A stretch of DNA of 64,000 nucleotides, from assembly GCA_963666215.2 (NCBI GenBank), contig CAXWPL010000005.1, forward strand, positions 128,001 to 192,000. Direction: 5' to 3'. This document shows positions 40,594 to 48,744 of the stretch, piece by piece. Numbering within the stretch: the first letter of the stretch is position 1; the number at the start of each line of letters is the position of its first letter. The stretch comes from Acidobacteriota bacterium. Its GTDB lineage: Bacteria > Acidobacteriota > UBA890 > WLXD01. A program made the translations under genes and the position numbers. The notes under the pieces are model-generated. The model worked only from the letters and a program-made list of their open reading frames with translations. It was not told the DNA's origin and ran no database searches.

Positions 40594-43149
40594 ATGGCTC
40601 TTGCTCGCACTCCACGCACCTCTCGCCTCAAGAAAAAGACCCCGCGGACGCGCGCGACGAAGCCGAAGCGCACGCCGCGATTGGCTGCCGGCGCCCGCAG
40701 CCGTCATCACGGCGAGCTGCTCGGCATCGTTCTGCTGATGACGGCGATCTATCTGGCGGTGTCGCTCTACTCGTACAACGCCAACGACGGCGACCTCTTC
40801 ATTCACGTTGCGGGTGACACGCCCTCCAACCTCAGCGGCCCGATTGGCGCCACGCTCGCCGCCCTCTCGTACCAGCTCGTGGGGCTGAGTGCCTGGATCG
40901 GAGTCCTGCTGATCGGCACCCTTGGATACGTTCGCCTTCGGAATCTGGAGATCGCTGCACCGGCCAGCAAATTGTTGGGTGTTGTTGCCGTCATCGGGTT
41001 CGGGTGCGTGGCGACGGAGTACGCCATCGGCACGGTGTCGCTCGGCCAAACCGATCTGGCGGCAGGTGGCCTCCTGGGTCTCTGGGGCGCGGGCGTCCTC
41101 AGTCGTACGCTGGGCCCGGTGGGCGGCCCGCTCGCCGCGGCTACTGCCACTCTGCTCGCCTTCGCGATTCTCACGAAACTGTCGGTGGCCTGGTTGGTCG
41201 ACCGGACCTGGGAGCTTGTCTGCAATCTTTACCAGCGCGTTTTGACCACGATGGCCCGTTGGAGCGAGCAGAGTCGCAAGCAGCGTCAGCGTCGTAACGT
41301 CATGGCGAAATACTCCGAGCGACGCCTCGGTGCCAAGCTCGGCGACAGTGCGAACGCGGCCGTGGCGGCGCTCACGGACTCGGCCGAGGCGGGCGAGACA
41401 GGTCCGTCCGCTGAGGCACGGCCGACCCGGCGCCCTCGGCGTGGCTCAGCCACGGGCGTGACTTTGCGCGTGCCAGTGCGCACGAAGCGCCTCGGAGCGC
41501 CCATCCCGGAGCCACCCCGCCCGATCGCCGAGCTAGCTGAGAACCACGAACCCGTAGCGTGGCAGCGTCCGAACCTGCCGCCGCCTCCCGGGGATGAGAT
41601 TTTCGACATCCCGATCGAGATGCCCGCTGGGCCTTCGCCTATCGCTAGCGTCGTGCCGGAGCCCCTGCCCTTCGAGCAACCGGCCGGCCCCGACGGCAAC
41701 TACGCGCTCCCCGGTGTCGATCTGCTCTCCGACATGAAGGACGCGCAGGCGATCGACCAGAAGGAGCTGATGGAGCGCGCCAAGGCCATCACCTCCAAAG
41801 CGGCGGAATTCAAGGTAACTGGCGAGGTCGTAGCGATTCACCCCGGCCCAATCGTCACGACGTTCGAGTTCCGCCCCGGCACCGGCATCAAGTACAGCCG
41901 TATCACCAATCTCCAGGACGACCTGAGCCTGGCATTGCGCGCCGAGACCATCCGCATCGCCCGCCTGGCCGGGAAAGCCACGGTCGGTATCGAGGTCCCC
42001 AACACCACACGGGCAACGATCCATCTGCGTGAGGTCTTCGAGTCGCCGGAGTTCACCAACTCGAAGTCCAAGCTGACGCTGGCGCTCGGCAAGCAGATCC
42101 ATGGGGAGAACATTGTTGCAGATCTAGCACGCATGCCGCACCTGCTCATCGCCGGCACTACCGGCTCGGGAAAGAGTGTGGCGCTCAACTGCATGCTCCT
42201 GAGTCTGCTCTACCGGGCGACCCCTGAAGAGGTCAAGGTCGTCCTCATCGACCCGAAGCGGCTCGAATTCGGGCTCTATTCGGAAATACCCCATCTGCTG
42301 ACTTCGGTGGTTGTCGAACCCAAGCTCGCTGCCAATGCGCTAAGTTGGGGGGTTCGCGAAATGGAGCGGCGCTACAAGCTCCTCGCCGAATACGGCGTCC
42401 GCAGCATCGATCAGTTCAATCTGATCCTGAAGCGCTGCGGCGACGAGATCGCCGCGACGGAAGGCAAGCACCCCGACGAGATCAAGCCTCTCCCCTACAT
42501 TGTTGTCATCATCGACGAGCTCGCCGACCTGATGATGACGTCCTCGAACGTGGTGGAGGAAGCGATCATTCGCCTGTCGCAGATGGCGAGAGCCGTCGGT
42601 ATCCACCTGATCCTCGCCACGCAGCGCCCGTCGGTGGACGTCCTGACCGGCGTCATCAAGAACAACCTGCCAGCGCGCCTGAGCTTCCGAGTGGCGTCGA
42701 AGATCGACTCGCGAGTCATCCTCGACACCCAGGGCGCCGAGTGTCTCCTGGGTCGCGGCGACTCTCTTTTTCTCGCTCCAGGAACATCGCGCTTGTGCCG
42801 CATCCACGGCGCTTTTGTGGACGAAAAAGAGGTCAAGAGAATCGTCAACTTCTGGCGCCGCCAGGCCCGTCCCGCCTACGAGGAGGCCGTCACCAAGCCT
42901 CCCCCGGAAGCCACGAGCACAAAGGGCAACAAGCAAGGCAAGGGACGCGACGAGTACTACGATGATGCCGTGGCTGTGGTGGTCGCGGCCGGTGAGGCCT
43001 CGGTCTCCAACATCCAGCGCAAGCTCAGCCTGGGATACGCGCGGGCCGGACGCATCATGGATATGTTGGAGAACGACGGCGTGGTCGGCCCGCCACGTGG
43101 CTCAAAGCCTCGCAAGGTGCTGGTCGACACGGCGCACATGTCGATGTAG
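40594..43149 (+). CDS. ftsK: DNA translocase FtsK
   Basis: 4-TM N domain, Pro-rich linker, MPHLLIAGTTGSGKS, DELADLM, ATQRPSVD and gamma domain IQRKLSLGYARAGR; start at 40576 or 40594. Confidence 0.96.
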   Translation: MALARTPRTSRLKKKTPRTRATKPKRTPRLAAGARSRHHGELLGIVLLMTAIYLAVSLYSYNANDGDLFIHVAGDTPSNLSGPIGATLAALSYQLVGLSAWIGVLLIGTLGYVRLRNLEIAAPASKLLGVVAVIGFGCVATEYAIGTVSLGQTDLAAGGLLGLWGAGVLSRTLGPVGGPLAAATATLLAFAILTKLSVAWLVDRTWELVCNLYQRVLTTMARWSEQSRKQRQRRNVMAKYSERRLGAKLGDSANAAVAALTDSAEAGETGPSAEARPTRRPRRGSATGVTLRVPVRTKRLGAPIPEPPRPIAELAENHEPVAWQRPNLPPPPGDEIFDIPIEMPAGPSPIASVVPEPLPFEQPAGPDGNYALPGVDLLSDMKDAQAIDQKELMERAKAITSKAAEFKVTGEVVAIHPGPIVTTFEFRPGTGIKYSRITNLQDDLSLALRAETIRIARLAGKATVGIEVPNTTRATIHLREVFESPEFTNSKSKLTLALGKQIHGENIVADLARMPHLLIAGTTGSGKSVALNCMLLSLLYRATPEEVKVVLIDPKRLEFGLYSEIPHLLTSVVVEPKLAANALSWGVREMERRYKLLAEYGVRSIDQFNLILKRCGDEIAATEGKHPDEIKPLPYIVVIIDELADLMMTSSNVVEEAIIRLSQMARAVGIHLILATQRPSVDVLTGVIKNNLPARLSFRVASKIDSRVILDTQGAECLLGRGDSLFLAPGTSRLCRIHGAFVDEKEVKRIVNFWRRQARPAYEEAVTKPPPEATSTKGNKQGKGRDEYYDDAVAVVVAAGEASVSNIQRKLSLGYARAGRIMDMLENDGVVGPPRGSKPRKVLVDTAHMSM

Positions 43150-43272
43150 GCCGTGCGCCATGACCACCGATCTTCGACATCCCGCCAACTCCGAGCCGCG
43201 CCACCCGATCCGCGATTCAATGAGCTTCGGACCACCCGGGCGCGCGCTCCATCGGGTCTGTATAGTCGCTCG

Positions 43273-43635
43273 ATGCCGTTGACGTGCCAACGCGGTAACT
43301 GCCCGCAAGCCACTCGAGACCGCACCTGCCCCGGCCCGCAAAGGACCGGTCTTCTTGCCAGTCTCGGCCTGCTCGCCCTCGCTGTGGGCGTCGTGGCGAT
43401 GCACCCGCCCGCGCCGGCTCGAGCACAACTACCGACAACTGCGTGGATCGCGCCCGACGGCGAGCCTTTGCCGTTCGCCAGCGACGACGAGAGCACGGGC
43501 TTCTTGCGCCTCGCGGAGGTGATCGACGCCGAGACGGTCGCGCCCCAGCGAGCTGAGCTGGCCCCGCAACGGGGTCCGCTAGACAACAGCGTTGCTTTCG
43601 AGCCGGCCGCCTGCCGCTATGACGCCGCGCGCTAG
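43273..43635 (+). pseudogene. Probable truncated remnant of a secreted protein gene
   Basis: Signal peptide ending APARAQ, then WIAPDGEPLPFASDDESTGFLRLAEVI, then low-complexity tail and a stop overlapping the convergent gene. Confidence 0.4.
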
Positions 43636-44135
43636 CCGCGACCGGCCGCGGCGCGGGTAGAGTCGCCGTCGGCAACCCGGTCCGGACGGTGCTTCACCAG
43701 GCGGATACACGTGCCTCCACCCGAGGGCTGCGAGAAGCTCACCTCGTCCATGCGCTTGTTGATCAGAAAAACGCCGCGGCCCGAGTCGGTCAGCCGGTTG
43801 TCCGCAGCCAGCGGGTCGGCAACTTCGGCGGGAATGAAGCCCTTGCCTTGATCACATACCGAGATCTCGACACGGTCGTCGGTAACGCGATAGTCCACGG
43901 TGAACTGCGCCTCGGGACGCCCCTCGTTACCGTGAAGCACGGCGTTCATCACCGCTTCGCGCACCGCAAGGACTGGCCAGTAACTGGCCTCGTCGTCGAA
44001 GCCGGCGATCTCGAAGATGCGCGCGCAGAGTCCCTGCATGGGGTCGATGAACTCGACACGGCTTCCGCAGACCACGGCAACCTCGAACCTCCGGGGCGAG
44101 AAATCCGCAGCCGTCGACTCGCCTATCTGCTGCAC
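43632..44135 (-). CDS. RsbW/SpoIIAB-like anti-sigma factor Ser/Thr kinase (HATPase_c_2)
   Basis: AVREAVMNAVLHGN N box, DQGKGF and SGRGVFLI..MDEV; GGAGGG SD. Confidence 0.88.
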   Translation of the reverse strand: MQQIGESTAADFSPRRFEVAVVCGSRVEFIDPMQGLCARIFEIAGFDDEASYWPVLAVREAVMNAVLHGNEGRPEAQFTVDYRVTDDRVEISVCDQGKGFIPAEVADPLAADNRLTDSGRGVFLINKRMDEVSFSQPSGGGTCIRLVKHRPDRVADGDSTRAAAGRG

Positions 44136-44173
44136 CCGAAACCCTCCGAACTCGCCCGATACCGCGCCGCCGA

Positions 44174-46453
44174 TTATTCGACGGCGAAAACGACTTTCCC
44201 GGCGCCATGATTGAGCGCCGTATCAACGGCGCGGACCACGATCACATGTTCTCCAGCCGAGACAGCCGCTACATCGAACCGGATTTCTTCACGCCCAGCG
44301 TCGGCGACGCCGTCAGCGGGTACTACTGTACGCCACGGCGCGCCGTCGACCGAATATTCCAGTTTGCGAATCAGCGACGTCCCGTCGCTCGCGACGCCGC
44401 GAATCTCGTAGTGGATCGCAGTCGTAAGAACCGCCGTCGCCGTCAGTTCCGTAACTGTCGGCGGAGTGTTGTCGATCATGAACGCCGCGCTCGACACATT
44501 GGCGTGCCGCGCCTCGTCTTCCGGGTTCGACGCCTGGTCGGTCACCGTCAGCCGAACCACATACATGCCGTCAGGGAGTCGGTTGGTCTCGAGGGTGTAG
44601 AGAGTCTCAGAGAGCTTCTCCTCCAGCGGCTTCCACGTAGCCTCGCCTTCGCCGCGGAAGGCGAGCGAGTACGACAGGTCGTCACCGTCGGCGTCGGAGG
44701 CCTTCCAGCTGAAGCTCCGTCGGCCAGAAACGTAGAGCGGACGCCCCAGAAAGGTGTTAGCCCCGTTGCCACCGCCGGCGCCGCCCGACTCGCGTAGCTC
44801 GCGCTCGACGACGGCCGGTACCTGGGCGAAGGGCAGGCCGTCGTCGACATTCGTGACGCGATAGACGACGCCAGCAGGGTGCACTCGTAGTTCGTCAATC
44901 TGCGGCCCGCGGTTGCGTGGCACGTAGACCAGATCGACTCGATGTAACGTCGGCGTGAGCCGCGGATCGTCCGTCGTCAACCGGGCGCGCCACTGCACGT
45001 AACGCGCGGGCGGCGAAGTGATCACCGAGCCCGTCGCCGTTTCATAGGCAGCGCTCCAGTCGCTCCAGGTATCGTTCGGCGTATCCGTGTTGCCGCTTCG
45101 TGTCGAGATGTTCAGTGCCGTCCCCGGTGGCTCGGTAGCTCGCCAACGCAGCGTGCCCCAGCGCGACGTCGCACCCGTGTCCTTAACCTGCGAGAGATAC
45201 TCTCCGTTGGCGCGAAACTGCGGCGTCATCCGGTACAGCCGTCCAAGGTTGCTGGTGGCCACATAGGTGGTGTCAACTCCCGAGGCGGCGAAAGCCACGA
45301 TCTGCTCGGCGTCGATCTTGCCCAGCAGCGACATCTCACCGCCAGCGGTCACTCGTAGGATTCGGCCGTCGGGGCCGGTTCCGGCCACAACGCTGTCAAC
45401 TCCCGCGAACAGCGCGTAGATGCCGTCGCTGTCGCTCGACAGCAACTCCTCCACGTAGCCGTCGCGATGCACGAGGAACACCGCGCCGGCAGCACCGCTC
45501 GCGTCGCCCGAAGTCGAAGCGGACGCTCTCGCGGCAATCGAGACGCGTGTGGACGAAGTGACGCCCGCGGGTGGCGCTCCAGATGCCGCCGGAACGGACG
45601 CCGCTTGGCTCCCGCCACCCGCCGCCGCAGCCGAGCCGCCGAAAGCGCCAACGTAGACGCCAACGTCGGCTACCGCCAGCGAGGTGATCTCGGCGAAGGG
45701 CGAATCGAAGAGCACGAACACATCGCCGCTTTCGTCGAGCCGGTAGACCTGTCCACCGTCCTCGGTGCCCACGATCAAGCTGCCGTCGAGGTCTATGGCG
45801 AGCGCCGTCGTGTGACGCTCGGTGGAGTCGTAGAAGAGCTCGCCCGCGCCACCCGAGGTGTTGCTTTCAACACGGAAAATCTTGCCTTCGGTTCCCGTAG
45901 CGACGAAAAGACGTCCCGCGCGATCAAATGCCAGATCCCAAATGTACTCGGCCCCGGGATCGAACCAAGGACTGGTACCGGTGCCAGCGTTGGAGTCGTG
46001 CTGATAGCTGGGCGCCAGTCGGTAGACCGCGCCGCGCGGCCCGGTGGCGACGTACAGGTGATCGTCGGGGCCCCAAGCCAGCGCCTGTGCGCTCACCTCA
46101 CCGCTGTCGAAGAACAGGTCTGACTCACCGGTCGCCGACACGCGAAAGACCTGCCCCTCGTCGCCGGCACCAACGTACACCGTGCCGTCGGAAGCGGCCA
46201 CAACGGACCAAATGCTCGGTTCATCACTGTCGAACACCGCGTCCAACTCCGGCGGCAGACGCAGCTCGCCCGCGTCGGTGATCGCAGTCGAAATCGGCTC
46301 GCCTTGAAGGAAGTCAGCGCGTCCAGCCTGCATCCAGATCACCGGACCACTTGCGAAGGCCAACGTGGTTTCCGCCGCGACCACCGCCGTAGCCAAGACG
46401 ACGAGCATGACAGTGATTGACGATCTCGAACGATGTGGGGCTTGACTACTCAT
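44174..46453 (-). CDS. Large secreted beta-propeller protein with C-terminal FN3/Ig-like domains
   Basis: Signal peptide; repeated blades of the form x-D-G-x-L-Y-V-A-T-G-x-x-G-x-V-Y-R; C-terminal LPDGMYVVRLTVTD and DNTPP. Confidence 0.8.
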   Translation of the reverse strand: MSSQAPHRSRSSITVMLVVLATAVVAAETTLAFASGPVIWMQAGRADFLQGEPISTAITDAGELRLPPELDAVFDSDEPSIWSVVAASDGTVYVGAGDEGQVFRVSATGESDLFFDSGEVSAQALAWGPDDHLYVATGPRGAVYRLAPSYQHDSNAGTGTSPWFDPGAEYIWDLAFDRAGRLFVATGTEGKIFRVESNTSGGAGELFYDSTERHTTALAIDLDGSLIVGTEDGGQVYRLDESGDVFVLFDSPFAEITSLAVADVGVYVGAFGGSAAAAGGGSQAASVPAASGAPPAGVTSSTRVSIAARASASTSGDASGAAGAVFLVHRDGYVEELLSSDSDGIYALFAGVDSVVAGTGPDGRILRVTAGGEMSLLGKIDAEQIVAFAASGVDTTYVATSNLGRLYRMTPQFRANGEYLSQVKDTGATSRWGTLRWRATEPPGTALNISTRSGNTDTPNDTWSDWSAAYETATGSVITSPPARYVQWRARLTTDDPRLTPTLHRVDLVYVPRNRGPQIDELRVHPAGVVYRVTNVDDGLPFAQVPAVVERELRESGGAGGGNGANTFLGRPLYVSGRRSFSWKASDADGDDLSYSLAFRGEGEATWKPLEEKLSETLYTLETNRLPDGMYVVRLTVTDQASNPEDEARHANVSSAAFMIDNTPPTVTELTATAVLTTAIHYEIRGVASDGTSLIRKLEYSVDGAPWRTVVPADGVADAGREEIRFDVAAVSAGEHVIVVRAVDTALNHGAGKVVFAVE

Positions 46454-46551
46454 CTTCTCCCAGGGTTTCACGTGTTCTGCAAAGGCTGAGGCGAGCGCTG
46501 AACGGCTCGTTGGCGATCCCCAAGATCGCGTTTTTTCCGAGGGCGAGGCGG

Positions 46552-48621
46552 CTACGATCCCGGAGGCCGTACGACGTCGACGCGGAAGCGGTGCAAGCCG
46601 GTAACGACGTAGGGCACCACGAGGTGCTCCTCAACCAGCACCGAACGTGTCACGAGCAAGGCGCGCCCAGCTGTGCGTCGCGACGCTAGCAATCGCCGCA
46701 TCGACGGCGGCAACGACGGCATCAATTCGCCGTTGAGCACCGCGCCGGCGTCGGGTCGCGAGAGCTGGACGTACACGCGATCGTTGCGCCGAACGCCGTT
46801 GAGCAACCGCACGAGTTGATCAACGTTGCGCAAGTCGCCGATGCGCTGGCGCCCCTGCAGGAAGCTGTCTTCGTCGCGCGCGACCGCCGCCCCGTCACCA
46901 ACCAGAACGTCAACTGGGCCCGGCTGCGCTTCTGCCGGGATGCGAACGGTGAGCCGCTCAACGACCTCGGGGCTGCGGTACGGCTGCAAAGCAACGGCGA
47001 TCTCGAAGGTGTCGCCCGGGGCGACCTCGGTCGTGTCGTGCCAAACGCGTGCGAGGGTGGCCGTGCGCCGGTCGTCACGCAGCGACAGGTCGGCGTCGAT
47101 GCCGCGCACGCGTACGTCGGCGAGCTCGTTGTCATAGAGAAACCCAAAGAGCGTCGCCAGGCTTGAAGAAAGACCGATCACGGCCAGGTTGGGCGACGAG
47201 AACAGGTTGCCGAACGACAACGTCGGCAAACCATCGCCCAGATCGATTCTGACCTCGAGGTCGACCGTCGTGTCGCCGTAGGACTGGCCGACTCCTTGCA
47301 CCCCGTTGACCAAGCCAAGAAACAAATAGAGCGGCGTCAACATCTTGTCGGCGACAATTTCGAAGTCGACCCCTTCGGCGGCCTCTCCCGCAACCGTCAA
47401 GTCGAGGCTCACCGGGATCATCGGCGGGCGCGTCCCCAGCACCCCCATCACGGCGGCCAACCGATCCTGCCGGATAGAGCCGAGCACGCGATCGCCCGCC
47501 GCGGCGAGCTTGCTCGACGACGCCATGCTGCTCAACACCGTGATCACCTCGGCCCGCACGATCGGAAAATCAACCGAGCCGCCCTGCAGGAAGGGATGGC
47601 CGAACGCCAGAATACGATCGCCATCGCGGTAGGTCACCGTGCCGGTGGCGGCAACGTTGATGTCACCGCGCACGAGCTGCACCGCCACCGATCCACCCGG
47701 TTCCACCGCCCAGTCCCCTTCCGCACCGGGCGAACCGATCTGGCCACCGGTGTCGCTCTCCGCCGAATTCCCCGCAACGCCGCCAAGAGAGGGCATCCAG
47801 CCGAGCTGGGCGAACAACGGCGCGATGCGCTCGACAAGCGCTGGGTGAAACCCGCTGACGGTCACGGGCGTGGCGATCGGTTCGATACCCGTGCCGGCAC
47901 CTGCGATCGCGCTGGAGGCGAACGGAAGCCGCAGAGACCCGAGGTTGGCGGTCTCCACGCCATCGCCCGTAACGTACGCGGCCGCGGCTGTCAGCAGCGC
48001 GCTCACGTCCACCGACCGGGCACCGACAGCGCTGCCTGGCTCGTGGTCTCGCGTTCGTTCACGGTCGGCGACTGCCAACATGTTCTCGATAGGCACGATC
48101 CCCGCGATCGCTTCGTGGCCGAAGTTGGTGAGCCGATAGGCCACCGCGCCAACGAGTCGCCCGTCGACGGTGACGGGCGAGCCGCTCATGCCGGCGATGA
48201 CGCCGCTGCGCTCGAGCCCGAGCCCGGTGAGGCGCGCGATAATCAGGTGCTGGTGCGGGTAGACGTCGCGCAGCACTCCAAGAATCTCGACGCCAAAGCT
48301 CGACAATTCGCTGCCCTGCATAACCGTCTGGCCGACGCCGATCATCCCGGCCCGGATCTCGTCGACCGGCATCAGGGGAGTGCCTCCCGTCGTGGCCGCT
48401 GCGATGGCTGTTGCCTGAAGCGCCGTGATCGAGGCCCGCGAGAAACCGTCCGCTGCGCCCGGGGCGGACGGCGCGCCGCTGGTGGCCACAGGGCTGAGCG
48501 CCAGCCCGGCGGCAGTAGCCGGTGCGGTGGTCGCCGACGCGATCGCCAGAGTGAGAAGCGGCATCAGCCGCCTGGCTCTGGGCATGGTGGACGGCACGGC
48601 GATGGGTCCCACCTCGTTCAT
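46552..48621 (-). CDS. Secreted SpoIVB-like peptidase S55 domain protein
   Basis: GVIAGMSGSPV..DGRLVGAV (catalytic Ser) and TGTVTYRDGDRILAFGHP (His); hydrophobic N-terminus; start may be 48585. Confidence 0.88.
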   Translation of the reverse strand: MNEVGPIAVPSTMPRARRLMPLLTLAIASATTAPATAAGLALSPVATSGAPSAPGAADGFSRASITALQATAIAAATTGGTPLMPVDEIRAGMIGVGQTVMQGSELSSFGVEILGVLRDVYPHQHLIIARLTGLGLERSGVIAGMSGSPVTVDGRLVGAVAYRLTNFGHEAIAGIVPIENMLAVADRERTRDHEPGSAVGARSVDVSALLTAAAAYVTGDGVETANLGSLRLPFASSAIAGAGTGIEPIATPVTVSGFHPALVERIAPLFAQLGWMPSLGGVAGNSAESDTGGQIGSPGAEGDWAVEPGGSVAVQLVRGDINVAATGTVTYRDGDRILAFGHPFLQGGSVDFPIVRAEVITVLSSMASSSKLAAAGDRVLGSIRQDRLAAVMGVLGTRPPMIPVSLDLTVAGEAAEGVDFEIVADKMLTPLYLFLGLVNGVQGVGQSYGDTTVDLEVRIDLGDGLPTLSFGNLFSSPNLAVIGLSSSLATLFGFLYDNELADVRVRGIDADLSLRDDRRTATLARVWHDTTEVAPGDTFEIAVALQPYRSPEVVERLTVRIPAEAQPGPVDVLVGDGAAVARDEDSFLQGRQRIGDLRNVDQLVRLLNGVRRNDRVYVQLSRPDAGAVLNGELMPSLPPSMRRLLASRRTAGRALLVTRSVLVEEHLVVPYVVTGLHRFRVDVVRPPGS

Positions 48622-48624
48622 ACG

Positions 48625-48674
48625 AAAAAGGCCCGCGGCGCGTCTGCCGGCAGCAGACTGAGGACACGCGGACC
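48625..48674 (-). terminator. Intrinsic-terminator-like hairpin immediately before the S55 gene
   Basis: GGUCCGCG...GUCUGC-loop-GCAGAC...CGCGGGCC followed by UUUUU. Confidence 0.6.
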
Positions 48675-48744
48675 GTGAATATCGTTGATGGTAGCACGGC
48701 CATACTGCCGGCAGGCCGTCTTGCGACAGCGCCCACAGGCCGAA

